This document shows, one piece after another, positions 1 to 8,831 of a stretch of DNA of 64,000 bases; position 1 is the first letter of the stretch, and each line of letters begins with the position of its first letter. The position numbers and the translations under genes were made by a program. The notes beneath the pieces are model-generated. The model saw nothing but the letters and a program-made list of their open reading frames with translations. It was not told the DNA's origin and made no database searches. Location of the stretch: assembly GCA_963716395.1 (NCBI GenBank), contig OY970309.1, positions 1,566,485 through 1,630,484 on the forward strand, in the 5' to 3' direction. This DNA is from an uncultured Fibrobacteria bacterium. GTDB taxonomy: Bacteria > Fibrobacterota > Fibrobacteria > UBA11236.

Positions 1-144
1 TTCACCACCAAGCCTGTGGGCCAGGGCTTGGGTCTGGGTCTGCACATCAGCTACGACATCGTACGCGCCCACGGCGGAACCCTGGAAGTCGCAAGCGAAC
101 CCGGGCGCGGAGCCGAGTTCATCGTGCGGCTGCCGGTGGCATGA
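1..144 (+). CDS. Histidine kinase, C-terminal HATPase_c fragment (5' partial, runs off window start)
   Basis: Frame-1 translation ...[45 protein letters not shown] shows the G2-box and ATP-lid motif typical of sensor kinase C-termini. Stop at 142-144. Confidence 0.6.
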   Translation, partial: FTTKPVGQGLGLGLHISYDIVRAHGGTLEVASEPGRGAEFIVRLPVA

Positions 145-234
145 TCGGCGGCAGCACTCCGGATTCCGGGGGGAAAAAATGCTATAACGGGGATCGCCGC
201 CGCTACGGAGAGCGGCGGCGAAACCATCGGAACC

Positions 235-1071
235 ATGCCGAACCTGGGCGACTATTTCCGCCATCTGCCGACTTTGGAAACCGAACGCCTGGTGTTGCGC
301 CCGGTGCGGAAAACCGATTGGCAGGACATGTGGGAATACGCGCATGATCCGAAAGTCTCCGCGCTGACCACGGGTGAATACCACCACGACCTCGACGCGA
401 CGCACGCCTATATCGATCGCGTCCTCGATCATTACGCCGCGGGTCAGGTGGAAAACTGGGGATTGGAGTTGAAGGCCACGCACGCCTTCGTCGGCATGGC
501 CGGATTCAGCGACGCCAGCGCCGAACACCGCGTGGGCGAAATCGGCTATGTGCTGTCGTCGCGCCACTGGAATCAGGGGCTTACCACCGAAGCCATTCGC
601 GCCGTACTGGATCAGGGGTTTTCGGCGTTGGGTCTGGAAAAAATTTTCGCCCGCTTCCTTTCCGAAAACATCGCCTCGCGCCGGATTCTGGAAAAACTGG
701 GCTTTCGCAAAGAAGCCCATCTGCGCAGCCAATTCGTCAAAGACGGCCTCGCGCGCGACGTCGAGATCTACGGCATGTTGAAAGACGAAATGCCCGGCCG
801 GGGCACGTTGTTGATGGAATTGCTGGCGATGCTGGGCGCCGACGAACTCGAAGTCTTTCACGAAGTCTTGCAGGGGCTTATCGACCGCGGCGGCCGCATC
901 GAATCCGTTTCCGCCGCTGCGCTGGCCAAGTCGGGCAAACCGGGTTTGGCGAACAACCTGCTGATTCGCAAGCTATCCAAGCGGGGCGTGTTGCAACCCG
1001 TCAAGGGCCGGCGCGGCTGTTATGCCCTGACGCCCGCCTGGAGCGATTTGGCGAAAACCGCGGCGGAGTGA
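235..1071 (+). CDS. GNAT family N-acetyltransferase (RimJ/RimL-like) with ~90-aa C-terminal extension
   Basis: 278-aa ORF. N-terminal ~185 aa has the GNAT fold pattern (ERLVLRP...GEIGYVL...LGLEKIFARFLSENIASRRILEKLGF). C-terminal tail (LLIRKLSKRGVLQPVKGRRGCYALTPAW) resembles a winged-helix segment. Confidence 0.75.
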   Translation: MPNLGDYFRHLPTLETERLVLRPVRKTDWQDMWEYAHDPKVSALTTGEYHHDLDATHAYIDRVLDHYAAGQVENWGLELKATHAFVGMAGFSDASAEHRVGEIGYVLSSRHWNQGLTTEAIRAVLDQGFSALGLEKIFARFLSENIASRRILEKLGFRKEAHLRSQFVKDGLARDVEIYGMLKDEMPGRGTLLMELLAMLGADELEVFHEVLQGLIDRGGRIESVSAAALAKSGKPGLANNLLIRKLSKRGVLQPVKGRRGCYALTPAWSDLAKTAAE

Positions 1072-1186
1072 ATCGCAGCCTTAAAAGTCCCTGCTGCAGG
1101 GCTGGCCGTAAACATCCATGCCGCCTTCGTTCGCGGGAAAGCCGGCTGCGGCTTGGGATTTCGCAGCTTGTTCGGCCGCGAAATTG

Positions 1187-1206
1187 ATGTTAGTTTAAAC
1201 TAACAT
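1187..1206. promoter_or_regulatory. Perfect 20-bp palindrome ATGTTAGTTTAAACTAACAT overlapping the TetR start codon; putative TetR operator
   Basis: Read directly in the sequence. AT-rich inverted repeat in a ~65% GC background. The ATG of the TetR gene (1205) lies inside the right half-site. Confidence 0.5.
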
Positions 1207-1795
1207 GAAATTGCGTCGGGCTTACGTGCTGCGATCCCGTGCGGTGTCGGCGCAAACCACCCGCCGATCCATCCTGGAGGCGGGGGTGTCGGAACTGCGG
1301 GCCCGGCGCGTCTCCGATGTTCGCCTCGAAGACATCGCCGCCCGCGCCGGGGTTACCGTGCAGACCATCCTGCGGATCTTCGGAACGAAAGCGCGGCTGG
1401 TCGAGACCGTCTGGGACAGGGAAAGGGATCGCATCCTCGCTCAGCGCCATACGGCCGCGCCCGGAGATCTCCCCGGTTCCATCCGGGCGCTTTTCGATCA
1501 CTACGAGGAGATGGGCGATCTCGTCATCCATAACCTCGCCGAGGAGGCCCACCTTCCCGACATGAAGGCCTGGCTCATGCGCGGACGGAAGGCGCATCGG
1601 CGATCGATGCAACGCCAGTTCGCCCCGTTTCTCGCGCAGCGCGGGGCCGGCGAGCGAAGAATGCGGGTCGATTGCCTGGTCGCCGCCTGCGACGTCTACA
1701 CCTGGAAATTGTTGCGGCGGGACTTGGGCCGAACGCGGAGGGAAGCGGAAAATGTCGTTCTCAAAATGGTGTCCGCAATCTTGGGAGGTAACTAG
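1205..1795 (+). CDS. TetR/AcrR family transcriptional regulator
   Basis: 196 aa. N-terminal HTH signature RRSILEAGVSELRARRVSDVRLEDIAARAGVTVQTILRIFGTKARL. Confidence 0.85.
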   Translation: MKLRRAYVLRSRAVSAQTTRRSILEAGVSELRARRVSDVRLEDIAARAGVTVQTILRIFGTKARLVETVWDRERDRILAQRHTAAPGDLPGSIRALFDHYEEMGDLVIHNLAEEAHLPDMKAWLMRGRKAHRRSMQRQFAPFLAQRGAGERRMRVDCLVAACDVYTWKLLRRDLGRTRREAENVVLKMVSAILGGN

Positions 1796-2950
1796 ATGGC
1801 TCTTTTTGCCTTTGTGACTTGGGATGGCGGGGGAAACGTGGGACCGGCGCTCGGCATCGCCCGCGCTCTAACGATACGCGGACACGAATGTCGCTTCATC
1901 GGTTATGCCGTGCAGCGTGACCGCATCGAGGCGCAGGGGTTCCGCTTCAGCGCGCTGGACCGCGGCAGAAACTTTGAAGTCCGCCGCCTGGCCCCCGCCG
2001 ATCGCACTCCGGCGTTGGTCAAAAATGTGTGGGCTTGCCCGGAACATTTCACAGAACTTTCCCAGGCGCTCGCCGAGACTCCGGCCGATCTGCTGGTGGT
2101 CGACTTCATGCTGCAGGGCGCCCTGGCCTGGGGCAGGCGTACGGCGACGCCGATGGCGGTCCTCGTCCATTCCGCCTTGGCCGGGCTGGTTCCACCGCCG
2201 GATTCGCCGATGGGCGCCGCCGTGCTGAGCGCCTCGAATAGCTTGCGCGGGCTAGCCGGGCTCGCGCACATGGGTCGCCTGAATGAGGCCTGGGAAGGCC
2301 TGCCGACGCTGGTGACCACGGTTCCGGATCTGGATCCGGCCAGTACCGGAAGGGGGCCGTCGGTGCACTATGTGGGCCCGATCGTCGAGCCGTTCTTGGG
2401 GCAGACCTGGGATTCTCCCTGGGAAAAGGGCGACGGCCGCCCCTTGGTCCTAGTCAGCTTCAGCACCACCCGGTTCTGGGATCAAGGGAGCCGCATCCGC
2501 AATTCTCTCGACGCCCTGGCGGGCGAAGCGGTGCGGGTTTTGATTACGACCTCGGAGGCCGTAGACGGAGTCGCCCTGCCACCAAATGCAGAGATCCGGT
2601 CTAACCTGCCCCACACCTTGGTGCTTCCCATGGTCTCGCTCACCATAACCCACTGCGGTCATGGGACGGTTGCGGCTTCACTTGCGCATGGGGTGCCGCT
2701 GCTCGGGCTGCCGAACAAAGTGGCCGACCAGCCTTTTTTCGCCGAGCGCGTGCGACAATTGGGCGCGGGCTTGGCCCTCGATGGAGAAGCCGAAGCGGGC
2801 GAAATTCGCAGCGCCGTAAGAGAGATTTTAGCCAACCCCGCCTATGCCACGGCCGCGCGCGGCCTCGCCAAGGCCATCCGTTCATCTCCTGGCGCCGCGG
2901 GTTCGGCTTTGTTGTTGGAAAATGCGATGCGCTCTGACAATACTCGATAA
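1796..2950 (+). CDS. GT1-family UDP-glycosyltransferase (MGT/UGT-like)
   Basis: 384 aa. C-terminal donor-binding motif HCGHGTVAASLAHGVPLLGLPNKVADQPFFAERV. Start codon abuts the TetR stop (1795/1796), implying co-transcription. Confidence 0.8.
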   Translation: MALFAFVTWDGGGNVGPALGIARALTIRGHECRFIGYAVQRDRIEAQGFRFSALDRGRNFEVRRLAPADRTPALVKNVWACPEHFTELSQALAETPADLLVVDFMLQGALAWGRRTATPMAVLVHSALAGLVPPPDSPMGAAVLSASNSLRGLAGLAHMGRLNEAWEGLPTLVTTVPDLDPASTGRGPSVHYVGPIVEPFLGQTWDSPWEKGDGRPLVLVSFSTTRFWDQGSRIRNSLDALAGEAVRVLITTSEAVDGVALPPNAEIRSNLPHTLVLPMVSLTITHCGHGTVAASLAHGVPLLGLPNKVADQPFFAERVRQLGAGLALDGEAEAGEIRSAVREILANPAYATAARGLAKAIRSSPGAAGSALLLENAMRSDNTR

Positions 2951-3027
2951 CAGGGGGTATTCGGGGGGTTAACCCTCTCAAACCCGTTCGGCATGCGCTG
3001 CGGAAGTCTTACGAAATAACGAAAAGA

Positions 3028-3104
3028 TGGGGTGAGCGACGGGACTTGAACCCGCGACCAGCGGAACCACAATCCGCTGCTCTACCAACTGAGCTACGCC
3101 CACC
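3028..3104 (-). tRNA. tRNA-His (anticodon GTG)
   Basis: The reverse complement folds by hand into a cloverleaf. D-arm GCTCAGTTGGTAGAGC, anticodon loop TTGTGGT, T-arm GCGGGTTCAAGTCCCGT, 3' CCA. The extra 5' G(-1) pairing with discriminator C is the tRNA-His hallmark. Confidence 0.85.
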
Positions 3105-3536
3105 GCGACGGCGAGCAAAATTAAATCGCGTTGGGAAATCGGTCCAGCCGCATTTCGCCGCTCAAACCGGCAATTTGTCCCGCGCCAGCGAAGCGACCGA
3201 TCCGGAATGCAGGGGCATGGGCGGAGGCAGCAGCTTGATCGTGAATTGATTGTCCCCGAATTTTTTCCCCTCGAAATACATGAAAACCGAAAAACCCAAA
3301 AGGAAAAAAGCGAAGGCGAACAAGAAACAGGTGCAACAGAGGCCCATACCGACCCATGCTATCACGCGGCGCGAGGCGGTGTCCAGGGAGGCGGGATAAA
3401 ATGTCTCTTGGCCTCGCTCTCCGGTAAACCACGGCCCGGAGATCGTGATGGACTGCCGCAATTTTTTCATTTCCCGCCGACAGGATCAAACCTCCCAAGC
3501 TATCTTAAGTCCCGACCGGGGGGTCGCGGAGGGGGC

Positions 3537-5594
3537 GTGGGCGGAACGGGCGGACGAAAGTTGGCGGCGGTGGGATTGGCCGCATTCGCGATTTTCGCCG
3601 GTTGCAATGTCTTCGAGCCTTTCGCCTCCAAAAGCGACGGCGCGCTGGATTACACGGGGTTGGTCATCCGCGGCAACGATGCGCTGGACGCGGGTAATTA
3701 TGCGCAGGCCGAAAGCCTGTTCGCCGCGGCCCAACAAAAGAATCCCGCGGGCTCCGAAGCCTATCTCTTTCACGCCCAGGCCATCGTGGCCGAGTACCAT
3801 CTCGACTTCAACCGTCTCCAAGACGAATTCGACTGCAAACGCAGCACGCGCAACACGGCCCGCTGCCTGGCGGAGAATATCGACACCACCGGCGTTCCGT
3901 TCATCCATCCCGGCGTGGAAGTCGAGAACATCGACAGCATCTACTATCCCATCGTCACGGCCGTCACGGATCTGAACCACATCATCCGCCTAAAAACCGA
4001 CACCATCTACGAAGGCAACTATGCGCTGCCCCCCGACGGTGACACGGCGTCGGACGGCGTCGTCTCGCCGGGCGTGGCGCGCCTGGATTTGGGGCTGCTG
4101 CTGGCCGTCGACGGCGTGCTGGCGCCGCTCGATCTCGACGGCAACCACCACACCGATCGTCATTGCGGCGCAGCTATCACCAGCGATTCGCTGCGGTTGG
4201 CCGATTGCCCCGACGGCGATTCCAGCGAATCGGAGCGTCTGCATAATTTCATCAAGCTGACCCAGAATATCCACCTCGATAGCCTGAGCAGCGACGACGT
4301 GAATGCGCGCGACATTTCGGTCAATCCCAATGACATCAACGCCTTCATCACGTCCATCCAGGTTCCCATTTCCGGATCGGTGTACAATCTCGATTCGGTG
4401 ACCCACAGCCTGCAAAACCATAACGATACCGCTCTCACCGGCGAGATCCAGGGTGCGGTCGACAACGTCAACGATCTGAGCAATTTCCTGGGGTACATGC
4501 ATTACAACGACGGCATCGACGACGACTACGACGCCCAGGAGGTCGCCAATCCCACGCCCATGCGTTGGCACAACTTCGACCGCGATGCCGATCCCACGGG
4601 CGCGTACCAGAACCACGGCATCCGCTACGATTATGACGATGGAATGGATTTCAACGTTTTTCCCTTGGGCTCCGGCGACATTGGGCATCCCATCCATCGC
4701 AATTTGCACCCCAACCTGTATCTGACTTTTTCCCAATGGGGAAAAGCTTTTCCCAAGCTCGCGGCCGACACATCGAAAAATTCGCGCTTCGCCCTGGAAC
4801 GCAAGAAATGCCGCGACATGGTGAACGCTTTGACCGCCAATGCCTGGGTGGCGGCGCATCTCGACACCCTGAACAAGACCTGCGATTCGGTTTCGACGGT
4901 TTTGCAGGCGACGGTGACGCCTCCGCTCCACAGCGATTGGATCAGCGGAACCGCCGGCGTCGACGAAGAACTGATCGATAATTTCGACAACGATTACGAC
5001 GGCATCAAGGACGAAGACGGGCGCAACCTGGTGGGCTACGATGACGACGACGACGCCCTACTCGATGTGGGCATGATCGATTCGGTGAGCGCCGGGCACC
5101 CGCTGACCCCCATGCAATGGCACGACGTGGCCGGCCATGCCAACCAATGCGCCGACATCGACACGACGCTGCCCATGGATCGCGGCACCACGCCCGCGGG
5201 CGTCACCGATGCCAAGGTGCTGTATCACTACCGGCGCATCAACTGCATCGGCACCCTGGAGAACCGTCTCTATTTCGAGCGCAACCACCCCGATTCGCTG
5301 GCGGTGTATTACAGCCCTTACCTCGACGCGGGCAATCCCAATCCTTTCCCGCCCGACTCCAACTGCGAAGACGATTACAACACGATGGATCCCACCTTTC
5401 GCACTTTGTGGGGTGCCACGCAAAGCGCGGTGGATTCGGCCTGCCATTACAAGCACATCTGGGTCGCCCCCATTCCTCCGCGTTCGGAATGGACGGGCGG
5501 GGTGTTCGGTATCGACGAGGAAAAACTGGACGGCATAGATAACGACGGCGATGGCTGGATCGACGAAGATGTGGATGTCTCGACCACGAAATAG
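3537..5594 (+). CDS. Acidic lipoprotein with thrombospondin-type-3-like Ca2+-binding Asp repeats
   Basis: GTG start 3537 preceded by GGAGG (3528-3532). Signal peptide with lipobox (RKLAAVGLAAFAIFAGC). Body is Asp-rich with repeated DxDxDGxxDxxD motifs (NFDNDYDGIKDEDGRN; DGIDNDGDGWIDEDVD). The ORF-track start at 3207 is probably an upstream artefact. Confidence 0.6.
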   Translation: MGGTGGRKLAAVGLAAFAIFAGCNVFEPFASKSDGALDYTGLVIRGNDALDAGNYAQAESLFAAAQQKNPAGSEAYLFHAQAIVAEYHLDFNRLQDEFDCKRSTRNTARCLAENIDTTGVPFIHPGVEVENIDSIYYPIVTAVTDLNHIIRLKTDTIYEGNYALPPDGDTASDGVVSPGVARLDLGLLLAVDGVLAPLDLDGNHHTDRHCGAAITSDSLRLADCPDGDSSESERLHNFIKLTQNIHLDSLSSDDVNARDISVNPNDINAFITSIQVPISGSVYNLDSVTHSLQNHNDTALTGEIQGAVDNVNDLSNFLGYMHYNDGIDDDYDAQEVANPTPMRWHNFDRDADPTGAYQNHGIRYDYDDGMDFNVFPLGSGDIGHPIHRNLHPNLYLTFSQWGKAFPKLAADTSKNSRFALERKKCRDMVNALTANAWVAAHLDTLNKTCDSVSTVLQATVTPPLHSDWISGTAGVDEELIDNFDNDYDGIKDEDGRNLVGYDDDDDALLDVGMIDSVSAGHPLTPMQWHDVAGHANQCADIDTTLPMDRGTTPAGVTDAKVLYHYRRINCIGTLENRLYFERNHPDSLAVYYSPYLDAGNPNPFPPDSNCEDDYNTMDPTFRTLWGATQSAVDSACHYKHIWVAPIPPRSEWTGGVFGIDEEKLDGIDNDGDGWIDEDVDVSTTK

Positions 5595-6714
5595 CCGCAA
5601 GGCAGCGGACGGTGCGGTGGGTCTGGCCGCCCTGCTCCTGGCCGCCTCGGCGGGCCTCTGCGAACTCGGGCCGCAATACCGCGGCTTTGAGGTCGACGGC
5701 ATGGGACGCTCGGGCACGGCCTCGATTTACGGCGTGCAATCGTTGTTCCTGAATCCGGCCGGATTGGCCGACTTGCAGGACGAGGAATTCGAGGCGTCGG
5801 CCGACTTGGGCTTAAACAGCATTCTGCTCGATTATGCGAAATGGGCCGCGGACAATTACCAATACATCAATTCCATCGACTCGTTGTTGCAACACATGCA
5901 ACCTATCCAGAATAAATGGGCCCCGTTTTCCAACTCGCTGTTTATGCAGGGGCATTATCAGGATTTCGCCGTTTCGATGGTCGAAGACGTCCGCTACGAT
6001 CTTTCGCTCAGCAAGGCGGTCATCACGCCGGTTCCCGGCGTGGGCATGCAGTCGGATTTGCAAATAGTGGCCGGACGCGGCTTTCGCGTGCGGCCCGATT
6101 GGACCGTGGGATTCACGGTCAAGTATTTGGACCGCCTGCAATACAGCGACCGGCTGGTGGGAACCACCGACGAGGATTTCTACACCGTCAAGAACATACT
6201 GCAGCAGCCCGGCGGCACGATTTCCGACAACCTGAGCAAGATCGGGGCGGCTTCCCAGGTGGCGCAAAGCGGCCAGGGTTTCGGGCTCAACCTTGGAGCA
6301 CAGCATCAGTTGCCCTACGGTTTCACGGTCGGCGCTTCGCTGCTCGACTTCCCCACTTTTTTCGACGGCGGATTCTTGGATCCGCAGTTGAATCTGGGCG
6401 GTTCTTACGTGCGCGACTTTGAGATTCTCACCGGCCTGCACCACCGTGTGATTCTCAACTGCGACTGGCAAATGCCCTTCGCGGGCACGCCCTGGTTCAA
6501 GCAATGGAAGCTGGGCGCCGGCATCGAAGGCCGCCTGGGGGATCGCCTCGTGAGTTTAATCACGATTGGTTTGAACGATGGCTACCCCGCGTTCGGGCTC
6601 AAAGTGGGCTACATCGTGAATTTCTACTACCTGTTCACCGCCGAAGAAACCGGCACCTATCCCGGCCAGCGTGAATTGAGCTTCAACAAGCTGGGTCTCG
6701 ACTTCGATTTTTAA
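5569..6714 (+). CDS. Putative outer-membrane beta-barrel protein (C-terminal Phe)
   Basis: N-terminal signal peptide (MSRPRNSRKAADGAVGLAALLLAASAGL). Alternating amphipathic beta-strand pattern. Terminal ...LGLDFDF. Overlaps the upstream lipoprotein gene end. Start uncertain (ATG 5569 or 5575). Confidence 0.5.
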   Translation: MWMSRPRNSRKAADGAVGLAALLLAASAGLCELGPQYRGFEVDGMGRSGTASIYGVQSLFLNPAGLADLQDEEFEASADLGLNSILLDYAKWAADNYQYINSIDSLLQHMQPIQNKWAPFSNSLFMQGHYQDFAVSMVEDVRYDLSLSKAVITPVPGVGMQSDLQIVAGRGFRVRPDWTVGFTVKYLDRLQYSDRLVGTTDEDFYTVKNILQQPGGTISDNLSKIGAASQVAQSGQGFGLNLGAQHQLPYGFTVGASLLDFPTFFDGGFLDPQLNLGGSYVRDFEILTGLHHRVILNCDWQMPFAGTPWFKQWKLGAGIEGRLGDRLVSLITIGLNDGYPAFGLKVGYIVNFYYLFTAEETGTYPGQRELSFNKLGLDFDF

Positions 6715-7574
6715 CCCTTGGCGGCGTCGGAGAGCCGCTGCAACACCCAGGCGTGCAGGGCTGGCGTGGCGGCGAGCAGGCCGTGGTGCACCCCCATCGA
6801 AGCGGCGCGAAAGTCGAGGGCCCGGCCCTCCAGGGCGGTCAGAACGCCGCCAGCCTCGGCCAGCACGACGTGGGGGGCGCAGACATCCCACAGCGACATG
6901 CGGTTCTCGGGCGGAGCCACGAAGGCGGTATAGGGGCCGCGCGCGATTTCGCAGATCTTGAGCGAGCCGTCCATGGCCGTGGCCGGGGGATGTCCCAGCC
7001 GCGCCAGCAAAGCTTCGACGGCCGCATTGCGCCGGCCGCGCGAGACCAAAATTCTTGGCTCCACGTCCGGAGAAACGCGCAGACGCGTCCACGCAGCGGC
7101 TTGAAACGGGTCGGCCGCCGTCAGCCAGGCGCCTTCGCCCTCCGCCGCCCAGAACAGCTCGCGCGTCTCGGGGCGATAGGCCATGCCCAGGCGTGGTGCG
7201 CCGTCGACGGTGAGCCCGAGCAGAATGCCGTAATGGTCGCCGCCGTGGACGAAGCTCGAGGTCGAGTCGAGCGGGTCGACCATCCAGCAGCGGCAGGCGT
7301 TGCGCCAAACCCCGGCCGTGCGGGATTCGTGGGTTTCTTCGTTCAAGACCCCGTCGGCGGGGAACAGTGCTTCGAGATGGCGATCGAGAAACAGCGCGCA
7401 GCGGTGATCGAGTTCGGTGACCAGGGAGTGGTCGGCCTTGCGGCGGACCTCGGTGAGGCCGGGACGCCCTGCGCGCAGCATCGTCCCCGCCTCCACCAAC
7501 AGCGGCAGCAGGGCTGCGGATTCGGCTTGGAAGCGGGAAGCCGCGAACGGGAGTCGCGGCGGCGTCCTGTTCAT
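6711..7574 (-). CDS. Inositol monophosphatase / CysQ-family phosphatase
   Basis: C-terminal 288 aa of the 534-aa ORF match the IMPase/CysQ family (ELDHRCALFLDRHLEALFP...WMVDPLDSTSSFVHG...). Start ATG at 7574 overlaps the upstream HAD stop as ATGA. The upstream 246 aa of the track ORF are read-through. Confidence 0.8.
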   Translation of the reverse strand: MNRTPPRLPFAASRFQAESAALLPLLVEAGTMLRAGRPGLTEVRRKADHSLVTELDHRCALFLDRHLEALFPADGVLNEETHESRTAGVWRNACRCWMVDPLDSTSSFVHGGDHYGILLGLTVDGAPRLGMAYRPETRELFWAAEGEGAWLTAADPFQAAAWTRLRVSPDVEPRILVSRGRRNAAVEALLARLGHPPATAMDGSLKICEIARGPYTAFVAPPENRMSLWDVCAPHVVLAEAGGVLTALEGRALDFRAASMGVHHGLLAATPALHAWVLQRLSDAAKG

Positions 7575-8437
7575 GTTACCGTGCCCGCAAAGTGTCGGTC
7601 GACCGCCTCGGCGACCCCGCATGCGGCCGCGGCCGCGACGGTTTCCTGGGCACATTCCCGCACCGCCGCGGGGGCATTGGCCACCGCAATGGATCGGCCC
7701 GCGCTCCGCAGCAGCGGCATATCGTTGGCCGAGTCGCCGACGGCCACGGCCTCCGCCAGATCCAATCCCAGCCACGCGGCCGCGCGGCGCGCGCCGGAAA
7801 GTTTGGAAACGCCTTGCGGCGTGATTTCCAGCATTGAGCCCGCGTAAAAGGTGTTGCGGATGAGCGCGGTTTCCAGCGGCAGCGGCGCCAACGCCATCTG
7901 GGCGCGCCGCAATTCCTCCTCGGGTCCGAGCAGGATGAGTTCGACCACTTCGAGGTCGCGCAACTCGCGGCTTTCGCGCCAGGTCCGGCAGCATCCCGCG
8001 TTCTTGGCCACGAAGTCGCCGTTTAAGAGGCTCAAGCGCCGATAATGCACGTCGACCCCGTCGGCGGGATTGTGGCTCAAGGCGATGGGGTCCCAGCCCA
8101 GGGCGTCCAGGACTTCCAGTGTCGCCATCTTTTGCTCGGCGGGAAAGCTTTCCGCATGCACGACGTCGCCGGTGTCCAAAGCGTGCATGCGCATGCCGTT
8201 GTTCACGATAGCCAGATCGGCGAGGGCCGCGAGCCCGAAACGGTCCACCAGGCGGCGCAAGGTACTCCAGCGTCTTCCCGTGGCCAGCACCACGGGAATG
8301 CCCTGCCGGCGGCAATGCTCCAGCGCCGCGCGGTTACGTGGGGGCAAGCCGCCCGCGTCGTCGAGCAAGGTTCCGTCGATATCGGTGATGAGCCAGCGAA
8401 AGGACACGGGCTTTATTAAGCATTTTTTTCGCGCCAT
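7571..8437 (-). CDS. HAD-IIB (Cof-type) phosphatase
   Basis: Motif [13 protein letters not shown]. Cof-like cap. C-terminal motif [13 protein letters not shown]. Start ambiguous: ATG 8437 or GTG 8407. Confidence 0.75.
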   Translation of the reverse strand: MARKKCLIKPVSFRWLITDIDGTLLDDAGGLPPRNRAALEHCRRQGIPVVLATGRRWSTLRRLVDRFGLAALADLAIVNNGMRMHALDTGDVVHAESFPAEQKMATLEVLDALGWDPIALSHNPADGVDVHYRRLSLLNGDFVAKNAGCCRTWRESRELRDLEVVELILLGPEEELRRAQMALAPLPLETALIRNTFYAGSMLEITPQGVSKLSGARRAAAWLGLDLAEAVAVGDSANDMPLLRSAGRSIAVANAPAAVRECAQETVAAAAACGVAEAVDRHFAGTVT

Positions 8438-8798
8438 GGCCAAATGGGATTTGCCCGCCGGCGACGAGGAACTTTTGGCCCAATGCGAGGTCGAAACCTT
8501 TCACGCCTCCGGCAAGGGCGGACAGCACGTGAACAAAACCGAAAGCGCGGTGCGGCTGCGGCACCGGCCTACCGGCCTCGTGGCCAGTTGCCAGGAATCG
8601 CGCAGCCAATGGCAGAACCGCCGGCGTTGCCTGCAGAAGCTGCGGGCGCAGGCGGCGGCGCGCAGCTTCGTACCCAAACCGCGCGTGCCCACCTCCAAGA
8701 CCGGCGCGGCGCGGCGCAAAAGCCGCGCGGCCAAAATCCGGCACTCCCAAAAAAAAATCCGGCGCACGGCGCGCGATTGGCGCGATGAAGAAGCCTGA
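8436..8798 (+). CDS. arfB: Alternative ribosome-rescue factor ArfB (peptidyl-tRNA hydrolase, RF-like GGQ protein)
   Basis: 120 aa: [49 protein letters not shown]..., followed by a basic Arg/Lys-rich C-terminal tail, as in YaeJ/ArfB. Confidence 0.8.
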   Translation: MAKWDLPAGDEELLAQCEVETFHASGKGGQHVNKTESAVRLRHRPTGLVASCQESRSQWQNRRRCLQKLRAQAAARSFVPKPRVPTSKTGAARRKSRAAKIRHSQKKIRRTARDWRDEEA

Positions 8799-8831
8799 AA
8801 CGCGCGGCCGCATTCCCGGGATTGTGCGATA

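Noticed and set aside
3162-3470. 102-aa minus-strand ORF with a hydrophobic stretch in the AT-rich spacer
   Set aside because: No RBS. The hydrophobic segment derives from the poly-A/T tract read as Phe/Leu codons. Likely non-coding promoter DNA.
6753-7847. 364-aa + strand ORF
   Set aside because: Antisense to CysQ and the HAD gene. Arg/Ala/Gly-rich composition typical of GC-rich shadow ORFs.
6711-8315. 534-aa ORF on the minus strand
   Set aside because: Only the C-terminal 288 aa (from ATG 7574) are CysQ/IMPase. The upstream part is Arg/Gly-rich read-through overlapping the genuine HAD gene in another frame.
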